Part shown: piece after piece, positions 41,517-51,656 of the stretch
Position numbering within the stretch: the stretch's first letter is position 1
Layout of the letters: each line of letters begins with the position of its first letter
From: an uncultured delta proteobacterium
Lineage (GTDB): Bacteria; Myxococcota_A; Polyangia; Fen-1088
DNA: 64,000 bases
Reading direction: 5' to 3'
Assembly (NCBI GenBank): GCA_963767925.1
Contig: CAVYGB010000002.1
Location: 640,001-704,000 of the forward strand
The notes under the pieces: model-generated
What the model was told of the DNA's origin: nothing
Database searches by the model: none
Seen by the model: only the letters and a program-made list of their open reading frames with translations
Made by a program: the position numbers and the translations under genes

Positions 41517-42821
41517 TTACGCCACCAGCTCGGGCAGCGTTCCGGCGTAGGCCGCGGCGCCGACGCCGCTGACCTGCATGCCCATGGCGTTGCACAACGT
41601 CGCCAGCAGCTTGTTGTGGGCGACCTTGGAGTATTTGACGACCTGGTTGGTCTTCAGATAGCCACCGCAGCTCCCGGTGAGCGTGACCGGGATGCGGCCG
41701 TTGTAGTGGTTGGCGCCGTCGTCCATGTCGCTGAAGGTGGCGATCACGCTGTTGTCGAGCGCGGTCACGCCCCCCTCGGGCGTCTCGTCGAGCTGCTTGG
41801 CCAGGTTGGCGACGTTGGAATAGATCCAGCTGTCGATCTTGATCTTGGCCGCCGCCTGCCCGGAGCCGCCGTGGGCCACCGCGTGGTAGTCCCTGTTGAC
41901 GCCGAGGAAGGGGAAGGAGTTGCCGTCCCCGCCGCCATCGTCGTACATCGTGATGGTCACCACCCGGGTGACGTCACACTTCAGGGCGACCGCCGCGATG
42001 TCGAACATCGCCTTGGCCTTGGCGTCGGTGCCGCCGCCGCCGGCGATGGTCGGGCCCATGCAGTTGGCCGCGCTGGCCCCGATGCTGCCGGCGTTGTTGA
42101 GCCGCAGCTCCAGCTCGCGCACCGACTGCTGGTGCGCCTCGAGCTTGAACCGGTCGTCGGCCCCCAGGCGCCGGCCGAAGGCGGCCAGCTCCTTGTTGAC
42201 GAAGTCGAGGATGCTCTTTTGCCGCTGGCGGGTCTGGTCGATCTGGGCGGGCGGCATGGCCGCGCCGCTGAACACCCGGCCGAACAGACGCATGGGGTCG
42301 AGCTCCATCTTGTTCTCGACCCGGGCCGACTTCCAGGACGTCGAGCAGCCGTCGCCGACCGACTGGATCCCCAGGGTCAGCAGCGGCGCCTTGAGGGGCG
42401 TCGTCTTGGCGATGTGGTCCGCCATCATCTGGTCGATGGAGGGCCCCAGCGCTACCCGGGACTCCGACCTCTTCTCCCGCGTGCCGGTGAGGGTCGCGCA
42501 GTAGGTGAAGTGGCCGTCGTAGTCGTAGCCGTCGTCGAGGATGTGTTTGTAGTCGAGCCCGGTCGGCATGATCATCTTGGCCTTGAACGGCGCCAAGCTG
42601 GCCAGGGTGGGCCCCAGCTCGAGCGTCGTGCCCGCCGGGTAGAAGGAGCTGGCGATGACCCCGTTGCCGTGGGTGACCGCCACGAAGCGCTTGGGGAAGC
42701 CGCCGGGCATCGTCTGGCCGAGCGCCCGCTCCGTGTGCAGCAGGGGCACCATGGCCGCGCTCACCCCCAGCGTCTTGAGGATCGCGCGCCGCGAATAACG
42801 GTCTTTGTTGATCGGGTTCAT
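41517..42821 (-). CDS. DUF1552 domain Tat-exported protein
   Basis: SRRAILK, PKRFV, SIDQ, SILDFV, ALKCDVTRV, LDNSV, GSCGG. Confidence 0.85.
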   Translation of the reverse strand: MNPINKDRYSRRAILKTLGVSAAMVPLLHTERALGQTMPGGFPKRFVAVTHGNGVIASSFYPAGTTLELGPTLASLAPFKAKMIMPTGLDYKHILDDGYDYDGHFTYCATLTGTREKRSESRVALGPSIDQMMADHIAKTTPLKAPLLTLGIQSVGDGCSTSWKSARVENKMELDPMRLFGRVFSGAAMPPAQIDQTRQRQKSILDFVNKELAAFGRRLGADDRFKLEAHQQSVRELELRLNNAGSIGASAANCMGPTIAGGGGTDAKAKAMFDIAAVALKCDVTRVVTITMYDDGGGDGNSFPFLGVNRDYHAVAHGGSGQAAAKIKIDSWIYSNVANLAKQLDETPEGGVTALDNSVIATFSDMDDGANHYNGRIPVTLTGSCGGYLKTNQVVKYSKVAHNKLLATLCNAMGMQVSGVGAAAYAGTLPELVA

Positions 42822-44569
42822 TGCAGCTTCTCCCCGTTTCCTGGTGTGCGATACCGGAACGAACGCGACCCCGCGACCGCGACGAGCAGGTCGGACACGG
42901 AGTCGCCCTTGGCGAAGGCCGCGCCGACCGCGTCGAGCGAGGCGGCGTCAGCCTCGGTGTCGGTGCGCTTGAAGGCGAAGCGCAGCCACTGCCGGGCGAA
43001 GCAGCTCGCCACGGTGGGGCTCCTGGCCAGCCCCTGGCTCAGCTCGCGCGCGTCGGCGAAGGCCAGCTTGCCCCCGTCCAGCTCGAGGACGCCGCTGGCG
43101 TCGACCGCCCCGCCGTTGTCGGTGGTGCGGTACTTGCCGATGCCGTCGTAGTGCTCGAAGGCGAAGCCGATCTTGTCCATGACCGCGTGGCAGGCGCCCG
43201 CGCAGGGGTTGGTGTCGTGCTCCTCGAACCGCTGGCGGGTGGTCCCGCCCGTCGAGGCCGGCTTGGCCGGCGGCACCACCGGGGGCGGCGGCGGCAGCTC
43301 GCCGCAGAGCAGCCGCTCGTACACGCGGCGGCCGCGCTTGACCGGGTGCGACCCGTCGGTGGCCCCGGTGACCGCGAGGAACCCGGCCCGCGTGAGCAGA
43401 CCGGCCCGCTGGCTGCCGTCGAGCATGGCCGGCTCGAGCGCCGTCCCCTGCACGTTGCGCAGCCCGTACAGCGTGGCCAGCGGCTTGTTGACGAACGAGC
43501 TGGTGGCGGTGAGGAGCGAGCCCAGGCTCTGGTCCCCCTCGAACACGACGCTGGCGATGAAGGTCCGCAGCTCCTCGGTCATGGCCGCCTTGAGGTCGTC
43601 CTTGAACTCCGGGTACAGCATCGGGTCCTTGGGCCGCTCGGAGATCTGGTCGAGGTTCAGCCACTCCTCGGCGAAGGCGGACACGGTGTCCCGCCCGCGC
43701 CGGTCGGCCAGCAGCCGCCGGGCCTGGGCCTCGATCTCGGCCTGGGTGCCGAGCTTGCTGGCCGCCGCCGCCTCGAACAGCGGCTGGTCGGGCATCGAGC
43801 CCCACATGAAGTAGGAGAGCCGCGAGGCCACCTCGTAGGGCCCCAGCTTGACCACCTTGCCCTCGACCTGGGGCGCGCCCGAGCCGAGCTCCCAGTGGTA
43901 GAGGAAGGGGGGCGCCTGCAGGATCGCCTCGACCAGCAGGCGGATGGCGCCGGCGTAGTTGAGGCCCAGGGTCGTACGCCCGGCCTGGTACAGCGCCATC
44001 AGGCGCTCGTTCTCGTCAGCCGCCAGCGGCCGGCGGTAGGCCCGCTGTCCGAAGGTCGCCACGAACCGGCTGGCGCAGGCGTCCTCCGCCAGGCCACCCG
44101 CGCAGGGGGCCAGCGTCGGCACCTTGGCCTCGACGCCGCCGGCGATGGTGGCCGCCGCGTCTTTCAGATCGTCGAGGTCCTGCACCGCCACCAGACCACC
44201 CCGACGAAACAGGAACTCCGACTCCCGGTCGGAGCCGAACGCGTTCGCCTGGTTGCTGGCGTCGCCGAGCAGGTCGCGAACCGTGTTGTTGTATTCGCGC
44301 CGGGACAGCCGCTGCAGCGGCATCGGCCCGGCGGCGTTCGGATCGGCCGGCGTGCCCGTCGAGGGCGCGCCCCCCGGCGGGACGATGACACCAGGGCCAG
44401 CGCCAGGTGCGCTGCCTCCGGGTCCCGGGGCGCCGGCGCCGGGTGGTTGACCACCAGGGCCGGAAGACCCGCCGGGCGTGGCCGCCCCGGGAGCGTCTCC
44501 GATCGATCCCTGACAGCCAGCTCCTGCAATCAGAACGAGAGCGGCAAAGGGTGAAAACTTCCTGACCAT
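42818..44569 (-). CDS. DUF1587/1595/1592/1588/1585 domain lipoprotein (c-type cytochrome)
   Basis: LQRLSRREYNNTVRDLLG, RAYRRPL, ASRLSYFMWGSMPD, RAGLLT, PVKRG, TTRQRFEEH, CAGACH, GFAFEHYDGIG. Confidence 0.88.
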   Translation of the reverse strand: MVRKFSPFAALVLIAGAGCQGSIGDAPGAATPGGSSGPGGQPPGAGAPGPGGSAPGAGPGVIVPPGGAPSTGTPADPNAAGPMPLQRLSRREYNNTVRDLLGDASNQANAFGSDRESEFLFRRGGLVAVQDLDDLKDAAATIAGGVEAKVPTLAPCAGGLAEDACASRFVATFGQRAYRRPLAADENERLMALYQAGRTTLGLNYAGAIRLLVEAILQAPPFLYHWELGSGAPQVEGKVVKLGPYEVASRLSYFMWGSMPDQPLFEAAAASKLGTQAEIEAQARRLLADRRGRDTVSAFAEEWLNLDQISERPKDPMLYPEFKDDLKAAMTEELRTFIASVVFEGDQSLGSLLTATSSFVNKPLATLYGLRNVQGTALEPAMLDGSQRAGLLTRAGFLAVTGATDGSHPVKRGRRVYERLLCGELPPPPPVVPPAKPASTGGTTRQRFEEHDTNPCAGACHAVMDKIGFAFEHYDGIGKYRTTDNGGAVDASGVLELDGGKLAFADARELSQGLARSPTVASCFARQWLRFAFKRTDTEADAASLDAVGAAFAKGDSVSDLLVAVAGSRSFRYRTPGNGEKLQ

Positions 44570-45210
44570 GACGTGGTCCCCTTCTGTTTTTCACGGTGGG
44601 ACGGCAGCCTCGCGCCGCCGCTCCCACCGGACTTAAAAACGGTTCGACTCCGCTTGGCCCTACCTTGACTCCTGCTCCGACCTCACCCCTGTCCAGATCC
44701 GGTCATTCCGGCGTCCACAACATCGAGAATATTTTCAAAGACCCGTTCATTCTCTCCCCGGCCACATTGGGATCCGAGATCAATTCGCGCCCTCGTTCAC
44801 AAATGAGCCGCCGGTATTTTCGGTGGGCGAAAACAGCGCAGATCCATGCCGAATCCGCGTGTATCGACCAGCAATTCGCATTTTCCGCATGCCAAAACCG
44901 CGTTGCAAAACGAGCATGCCGAACCCGCGCACCCTCTGCCGATTCGGCGCGCCCCCGATCTCACCCCTTCCCCCTCGGCCCGCTCGGCACCACTGGCCCT
45001 TCTCCCGGAGGCCCACCCACCCGATCCATCAGCAGGAGCGTGCTCATCGCCTATTCGACGACTATGCGATCGACCGAAAGTATCCGGAAATGGGCACCGT
45101 TCGATGGACACGCCGCGGCGTCGATGCTTTCTTGAGCGTCGTGGACGGCTGGCGCGAGGTCGTCCACGAGGGCTATCAGCTCTCATACGAAGGACCCGTT
45201 GAGTTCCTGA

Positions 45211-45716
45211 TCAGGCGCGGCGATGATCGGCGAGCACTTCGTCGATGATCCTACGAGCACGTGGCGCTTCGAGCGAGTCATCGATCCGGGCGGCCCATGT
45301 AATCAGCGCCTTCCAAAGCGCCCAGCCGCGACCGCGCGCCCACGTCGCGCGATCGAGTGGCAGCGCGGCTCGCAGGGCTTCACGGCTTTCGCCACCGAAG
45401 AGGGTCCAGGCGATCGCCAAGTCGCACGCCGGGTCGCCTATTCCGCAGCTGCCGAAGTCGATGACGGCACAGAGGCTACCCTTTTCGACCAACAGGTTGC
45501 CGACTGCGACATCGCCGTGGATCCAAACCGGAGCTCGACTCCAGGTGCTGGCTAGCGCTGTCTCCCACACGGCCGTTACCGCGTCGGTATCCAGCTCGTC
45601 GTCGAGCGCCTCAATTGCTTTCCGAGTTTGGCCATCGTAGGCGCCCAATTGGCAAATTGGGTACTGATCAAACGGCGTACCAAGGTGACGTCGATATCGA
45701 TTCGATCGGCAGACAT
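45211..45716 (-). pseudogene. Aminoglycoside phosphotransferase (APH) family, internally deleted
   Basis: AGGAG RBS + MSADRIDIDVTLVRRLISTQFANWA joined out of frame near 45641 to the C-terminal half with HGDVAVGNLL, VIDFG, GDPACDL, RGRGWALWK. Confidence 0.8.
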
Positions 45717-45862
45717 ATCGCTCCTGGTCAGCGCAAGGTGTCTCGGGCGCGCATTGTCGAAGTATCACCCGCTCCTCCGTGAACGCGAGCGTGTCCGCTG
45801 AGCACCCCGAACACCGTCATCCGTCCCCATTGTTGTAAGCGACTGAGCTGCCGCTTTAGCAG

Positions 45863-47322
45863 CAATGCCGGTCGGTTAAGGGTTGGCATGATCGGGGCGT
45901 TTTCGCGGGAATTTGCTCATCTTGATCTTCACGGCTCGAGGGTATCGACGTGATCGGCGCCGCTCTGAAAGTATCAAGCGCGTGAAGATGTCCCGCATGT
46001 TCTTCAGTCTGGCGGGCAAAGCGCCGGGCGAAGCTACCGCACACCAGGACCAGGTATCGCAGATGATCCGAAGGGCGGTGACGAAGCTGATGCGCGTGGG
46101 CTCGACGCCGAGCTCGGCCGCGGTACGCGCCATCTCGAGACGAACCAGGTTGTACGCGAGAAGGATGCCCCAGGTTTCCTGTTCCACGCCAGCTACAGTT
46201 CGGCTTCAGATGCTCTCCAGGCGGTCGAGCATCTCGGTCTTGATCTCGTCAAACCCGAGTTCCAGCTCCCAACGCTCATGATAGAGGCCAACGACCTCTT
46301 GGGTCGGGTACCTGTCGGAGTCGAGCATGGACGTCAGCAACGTCTGCGGCTGAAAGCCCTTCATTTGATAGCGGATCGCACGGGCCAGGTACGTCTTTGG
46401 CAAAGACGGATCGTAGCCCTTGGCCTGGGGAGACACGGTGAGCTCCACCAAATCCTCCTTCTTGGACAGGGAGCGCACGACCTTCCATTTCGTCGTGGAC
46501 TTCGCGCGGGTCAGCCAGTGTCGGTTCTGGCCATCACGCGCCAGCGGAATCAGGATACCGGCTGCAAGGAACCCGCGGTCGACGACCACCAAAGAGTCGT
46601 TCGGGACGGATCGCCACAATCCGGCGCTCAGCACGATCTCGCTGTCTCTGTACGGGCCAAATGCAGCCGCGGCGAGGATGTGCGAGCGGAGGGTCATTAG
46701 AGCTGCGACCCGAAGGAGCGGGTAGCCGCTGTCGCCTCTATCGCCGCTGGTTCCGCCGAAGTGCGCGCGATTCTCGGGCGAATCCGCCACGCGAAGGGTA
46801 GAGCCATCCACTCCGTAGACAGCAAGGCCGCGCCACGCCTGCTCGCGCGCGCTGGCATGCGCCCATTTCTCGGCGCTCATCTCGAAGATGCGCTCGAGGG
46901 GAGCTGCTCCGAGCTCCTGTCGTGCCTCGACCACGGAGCTGGGCGCGACCGAAGCCGTCGGCCCCGGCAAAACGAGGTCCAGCTTCCCTACCAGGTCGTG
47001 GATCGGGAACTTTCGGAACAGCGCCATTCCAATCACCAACCACACGACCTGCTCCGCCGGCAGCCGCCTCTTCCTCACAGTGGCCGTTCCCGTGGCCTCC
47101 AACGCAAGTGCGACCCAAGCGGGGTCGATGTGTTTGCGAACGTCCGCGAATTGCTCGGGAGACGTAAACGCGCTAACCGCTTTGAGAGAGTTTTCGAGGT
47201 GCATGGGCTGGTTCCAAGTGCACCGCCATAATGGAAAAACTCTGGAGTAACTTCTATTACTATTTTCTCCACAGGAAAACCGGATCAATTTCGATCACTT
47301 GGCCGCTAACCGACCGGCATTG
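45863..47322 (-). mobile_element. IS4-family insertion sequence (1460 bp)
   Basis: Perfect 16-bp terminal IR CAATGCCGGTCGGTTA (45863-45878 and 47307-47322), similar to the E. coli IS4 IR; lower GC. Confidence 0.9.
45876..47204 (-). pseudogene. IS4 transposase with in-frame TGA at 46206-46208
   Basis: RKRRLPAEQVVWLVIGM, GVDGST, VVDRGF, YHERWELELGFDEIKT, ESI*SRTVAGVEQE, LAYNLVR, YPRAVK. Confidence 0.88.
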
Positions 47323-47527
47323 CTCTTAGCAGAGCATGTGCTTCACGTCGCCGCCCGGCCCGTCGCAGGCCTGGGCATGGCAATGGGCCGTGGAACTCTA
47401 CGAGTGCGCCGGGATCAGCCGATCCTCCGTCGAGCTGGTAGGCTCTTCCGGGCAGAAGGGCGAAGACAGACGAGGGCAGAAGGGGGGGAGACCCGTGCCA
47501 ATCGAATCCGGAGCGGGACAAGGCCTG

Positions 47528-48007
47528 ATGAACGTCGTGCGACTCCAGGTCGGCGCCGGGCCGCGGCTCCGCGCCATCCGCCTCCGTGCGCTCGCCGAGG
47601 CTCCCCAGGCCTTCGAGAGCACCCTGGCAGAGGCCACTGCCCGCCCCCTCGAGAGCTGGGATCGCCAGCTCGATGCGATCGCCACCTTCGTCGCAACCGC
47701 CGGCGGCAACGACCTGAGGCTCGCGCGAGGTTGCCCCCACGAGCACCTCGGCGGCGCCGCCTCCTTGATCTCCATGTGGGTCGCACCCGAAGCCCGCCGC
47801 CAGGGCACCGGCGCCGCCCTCGTCGACGCCGTCATCGCCTGGGCCCGAGCCCAGGGGTACCGTCGCCTGCTCCTCGACGTGCGCGAGAAGAGCACACCGG
47901 CGATCGCGCTCTACACGCACAAGGGCTTCCTCCAGGAAGCTACGATCGCCCCGCCACCTCCGGCGGACGCTCGCATCTGCGAGATCCAGATGGCCCTGAC
48001 CCTCTGA
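47528..48007 (+). CDS. GNAT family N-acetyltransferase
   Basis: RLRALAEAPQAF, LISMWVAPEARRQGTG, AIALYTHKGF. Confidence 0.85.
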   Translation: MNVVRLQVGAGPRLRAIRLRALAEAPQAFESTLAEATARPLESWDRQLDAIATFVATAGGNDLRLARGCPHEHLGGAASLISMWVAPEARRQGTGAALVDAVIAWARAQGYRRLLLDVREKSTPAIALYTHKGFLQEATIAPPPPADARICEIQMALTL

Positions 48008-48085
48008 AGGCCAGAAGGCCATCACGCTGCTTCGCCAACGCTGCGAAGGGATACCCAGGGGACGGGGAACAAGGGAGAATCGGGA

Positions 48086-48922
48086 ATGGCCGGGTCGAGC
48101 AAACCGCCACCGGCGGGTAACGAAGGGGCGAACGCGCTCGACAGGCCGCTCCTTTCCACGGATCTGGGCCCTCTGGTACGCACCAGGAACGACGTGACCC
48201 CGCACATGGTCGAGGACCACCCGGGGGGTGGCGCCGCGAGCTATTCGACCGTGCTCGTCGGAACGTTGTCGATCTACGCCACTGTCTTTGCGCTCGCCGG
48301 GGTCATTCCGGCGGTCTGGATCGCCATCAGCGCACCGGTTTGCGTGCTGTCGCTGTCCGCGCGCACGCTGCTCCGAAGGCTTCAGCTCCGGCGGCTCAGG
48401 CGGATAGCTCCCTGGCATCCAGGACAGCCCTCGTCCGCTTACCGCGCCCGGGTCGTGGGCCGGATCGAACCGGCGGCTTCAATCCTCGCCGCCACGGGAA
48501 GCCGAACGCCGTCCGTCTATTGCCGCGTCATCTATTACGAGGCCCGCTCGAACGGAAAACCAAGCCACGTCATGCGCGAGGACGTCCGCGGGGTCCCCTT
48601 TCACGTGCGACTCGAGACCGGTGAGGCGCTACGGATCGATCCCGCTGCCATCCACCTACTCGAGAGCCCGACCCGCCTCGAGCGAGAGGTCGACCCCCTC
48701 GTCCTCCGCGCCCTGGGCGCCGCCACCCGCGGCCGCGGCGCCCGCATGTACGAGACGACCCTCGCCCCCGGCGATCGCATCGAGGCCATCGGCCGGATAG
48801 TGCGCGAGGTCAGCCCCTCCGGCACCTCCGGCCCAGGCTGCGGCACCGCGATGGTGAGCACCCTGGAACCAGCCGACGGCGGCCGGATCCTGATCTGGCG
48901 CGCGCCCCCTCCAGCCAGATGA
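48086..48922 (+). CDS. Hypothetical membrane protein (GIDE-like soluble domain)
   Basis: Two TM segments, then VVGRI...VPFHVR..TGE...ETTLAPGDRIEAIG. Confidence 0.55.
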   Translation: MAGSSKPPPAGNEGANALDRPLLSTDLGPLVRTRNDVTPHMVEDHPGGGAASYSTVLVGTLSIYATVFALAGVIPAVWIAISAPVCVLSLSARTLLRRLQLRRLRRIAPWHPGQPSSAYRARVVGRIEPAASILAATGSRTPSVYCRVIYYEARSNGKPSHVMREDVRGVPFHVRLETGEALRIDPAAIHLLESPTRLEREVDPLVLRALGAATRGRGARMYETTLAPGDRIEAIGRIVREVSPSGTSGPGCGTAMVSTLEPADGGRILIWRAPPPAR

Positions 48923-49208
48923 CCCCGGCGCGCGCGCCATCGCGATCGGCCACCAGGCCGGCTGCCTGATCAGGAGCGACGGTGCTCCTCGTCCATGAAA
49001 ATCCCCGGCGCTGGACCATCCAGGAACGGGTGGGCGTCGAGCGCGTGGTGATGGCCTTCGACTCGCACCCGGTGCTCCTGGGCGAGGGGGAGCAGAAGAG
49101 CGGGCTCCGCCTCGTGGTGGGCGGGGGCGCCCACCTGACCGGCACGATCGTGCAACACGGCGGTGGCCCCCTGCCCGTGCTGCAAGCTCGTGCGGTAGGA
49201 CTCACCCT

Positions 49209-50369
49209 TCACTTCGACGTCGCCCCACCGACCACGACCCGCATCCCCCTGGCCTCCAGCTCGCGGCGGAAGGGGGGCCAGGGGATCACCTCCTCCGGGG
49301 CGTGGACGCCGGGGTGGATGGGGAGCTCTTCGCCGAGGAGCTGGGCGGCGATGGAGGGGGGGGCGCCCGTGTCGATGTCGGGGCCGAGGCCGTGGCCGGC
49401 GGCGGCGTCGGCGTGGCAGTCGAAGACGATGGACTCGGGGGTGCGGGCGCCTTCGCGGGTGCCGACGACGCGGACGCGGAGGATCTCGTAGCGGTCGATG
49501 GGGCCGGCGGGGCGCGCTTCGGGCAGGCGGGCGAGGAGGGCCTTCAGGAGATCCCTTGGGGGGCGGTCGAAGCCGGGGGGGGCGGTCGTGTCGACGAGGC
49601 CCATCTGGACCAGGAGGCGCAAGCGGTCGGCGAAGGCGGCTTCGAAGCCCTGGCGGAAGGTGACCTCGCGGATGCCGCGGGGGCGGAAGAACTCGGGGAG
49701 GGTCGCCACCTCCGAGTGCAGGGTCGTGTCGAGCTCGATCTCGCCGACCGGGTCGGGGAAGCGCTCGCGGTGGCGCTCGGCGGGGTCGAGGGGCGGGACC
49801 ATCTGCAGCTGGCCCTCGCGGAAGACGGCCGAGGGCAAGGCGAACTCGTCGAGCAGGGTGTCGGGGGAGTAGCCGAAGGGCAGCAGGGGCGGGGTCTGCC
49901 AGCGGGTGCCGTCGTGGGCGCCCACCATGCAGTGGACCTCTTCCACGCGGGTCAGCTCGCGGGCGGCTTCGGCGGCCATCACGTTGAGGATGCCGGGGGC
50001 CGAGCCCATGCCGAGGATGGCCATGCGGCCGGCGTCGCGGAAGGCGGCGTGGCGCTCGCGCTGGCGGAGGGTGACGTGAAACAGGCCCCCCAGGTCGATG
50101 TAGTGCACGCGCGCGGCGAGGGCGGCGTCCATGGCCAGCAGGTTCATGCGGTAGGGCAACGAGGTGACGACGCAGTCGGCGCCCTTCAGCACGCGGGCAA
50201 GGCTGTCGGGGTCGGTGACGTCGACCGGCACCGTCTCGACGTCCAGGCCGGCCGCCGGCTCCAGCACGCGGTCGGCGATCACCGGGTGGGCCACTCCCGC
50301 CTGTTTCATGTCGCGGGCGATGATTCGCCCCATGGCGCCCGCTCCTCCGAGGATGATGATGCGCCTCAC
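49209..50369 (-). CDS. Saccharopine dehydrogenase-family NAD(P) oxidoreductase
   Basis: IILGGAGAMG, HYIDLGG, GMGSAPGILNV, YSPDTLLDE, HSEVATLP, GVHAPE. Confidence 0.85.
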   Translation of the reverse strand: MRRIIILGGAGAMGRIIARDMKQAGVAHPVIADRVLEPAAGLDVETVPVDVTDPDSLARVLKGADCVVTSLPYRMNLLAMDAALAARVHYIDLGGLFHVTLRQRERHAAFRDAGRMAILGMGSAPGILNVMAAEAARELTRVEEVHCMVGAHDGTRWQTPPLLPFGYSPDTLLDEFALPSAVFREGQLQMVPPLDPAERHRERFPDPVGEIELDTTLHSEVATLPEFFRPRGIREVTFRQGFEAAFADRLRLLVQMGLVDTTAPPGFDRPPRDLLKALLARLPEARPAGPIDRYEILRVRVVGTREGARTPESIVFDCHADAAAGHGLGPDIDTGAPPSIAAQLLGEELPIHPGVHAPEEVIPWPPFRRELEARGMRVVVGGATSK

Positions 50370-51655
50370 GTGGTGGCCAGCGCCGCCTCCAGCACGTCGA
50401 GCGCTTCGGCCAGCTCGGCGTCGGTCATCACCAGCGGCATCAGGGTGCGGATCACGTTGCCGTGCAGGCCGGCGGTCAGCACCAGCAGGCCGATGCGCGC
50501 CGCCTGATCGACGATGCGGCTGGCCCGCCCCGGCCCCTCCTCGTCGATCTCGAGGGCCATCATGGCCCCCAGGCCGCGCGTCTCCTTGATGAAGGCGAAC
50601 CGCTGGCGGAAGGCGGCGAAGCGCAGCGAGGTGGTGGCGCCCAGCACGCGCGCCCGCTCGACGAGGCCGTCCTCCTCGATGGTGGCGATGGCGGCCAGGG
50701 CGGCGGCGCAGGCGACCGGGTTGCCGCCGAAGGTGCCCCCCAGGCCGCCCATCGGCACGGCGTCCATGATCTTGGCCCGCCCCACCACGGCCCCCAGCGG
50801 GAAGCCGTTGGACATCGACTTGGCCAGCACGATCAGGTCCGGGTCCAGGTTCAGGTGCTCGCAGGCGAACATCTTGCCGGTGCGGCCGAACCCGGTCTGC
50901 ACCTCGTCGGCCACGAACAGCGTCCCCGCCTCCCGGCACAGCCGCCGCAGCTCGAGCACGAAGGCAGGCGGCGGCACGATGAAGCCGCCCTCGCCCAGCA
51001 CCGGCTCGACGACCGCGCAGGCCACCTGGGCCAGCGACACGTTGGCTTTCAAGAAGCGGTGGAGCTCGGCCAGGCTGCTCTCGCCCTGGCGGGGCACCGG
51101 GATGCGGTAGACCTCCGGGGCGAAGGGGCCAAAGCCGTCCTTGTAGGGCGCCGCCTTGCTGGTCATGGTGAGGGCCAGCAGGGTGCGGCCGTGAAAGCCC
51201 GGCTCGAGGGCCAGCACCGCCTGCCGCCCGGTGGCCCGGCGGGCGACCTTGACCGCGTTCTCGACCGCCTCGGCCCCCGAGTTGAACAGGGCCGCCTTGT
51301 GGGGGCCGGCGATGGGGACGATCGAGCACAGCTTGCGGGCCAGGGCGACGTAGGGCTCGTACGAGGCGGTCATGAAGCAGGTGTGCTGCAGCCGCTCGAG
51401 CTGGGCGCGCGCCGCCTCGACCACCCGGGGGGCGGAGTGGCCGGCGTTGAGACAGCCGATGCCCCCCGCCATGTCGAGGAACACGTTGCCGTCGACGTCG
51501 GTGAGGCGGGCCCCCTCGCCCCGGGCGAAGAAGATCCCGTGGCGCGGCTCGGTCACCCCCTTGCTGACCCAGTGCCGCCGCTCCTCGGTCAGCGAGCGCG
51601 ACAGGGGCCCGGGGATCTCGGTTTGCAGCTGGATCGCCGTGTTCTTGAGGCTCAC
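50366..51655 (-). CDS. gabT: 4-aminobutyrate/5-aminovalerate aminotransferase (class III)
   Basis: DVDGN, GGIG, NSGAEAVENAVK, FHGRT, EPVLGEGG, DEVQTGFGRTG, LAKS, GGTFGGNP. Confidence 0.85.
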   Translation of the reverse strand: MSLKNTAIQLQTEIPGPLSRSLTEERRHWVSKGVTEPRHGIFFARGEGARLTDVDGNVFLDMAGGIGCLNAGHSAPRVVEAARAQLERLQHTCFMTASYEPYVALARKLCSIVPIAGPHKAALFNSGAEAVENAVKVARRATGRQAVLALEPGFHGRTLLALTMTSKAAPYKDGFGPFAPEVYRIPVPRQGESSLAELHRFLKANVSLAQVACAVVEPVLGEGGFIVPPPAFVLELRRLCREAGTLFVADEVQTGFGRTGKMFACEHLNLDPDLIVLAKSMSNGFPLGAVVGRAKIMDAVPMGGLGGTFGGNPVACAAALAAIATIEEDGLVERARVLGATTSLRFAAFRQRFAFIKETRGLGAMMALEIDEEGPGRASRIVDQAARIGLLVLTAGLHGNVIRTLMPLVMTDAELAEALDVLEAALATT

Positions 51656-51656
51656 G

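Noticed and set aside
44823..45248. Possible gene or fragment (...LFDDYAIDRKYPEMG...)
   Set aside because: No clear start, RBS or family motif; a sigma54-like TGGCAT nearby has the wrong spacing
46188..46208. Programmed frameshift in the transposase
   Set aside because: Both pieces are in the same frame, so it is a nonsense codon; no SECIS-like evidence for selenocysteine either
48970..49212. Short ORFs on both strands between the membrane protein and the dehydrogenase
   Set aside because: Plus frame has coding-like GC3 but no proper stop before the convergent gene and no recognisable motif; cannot call
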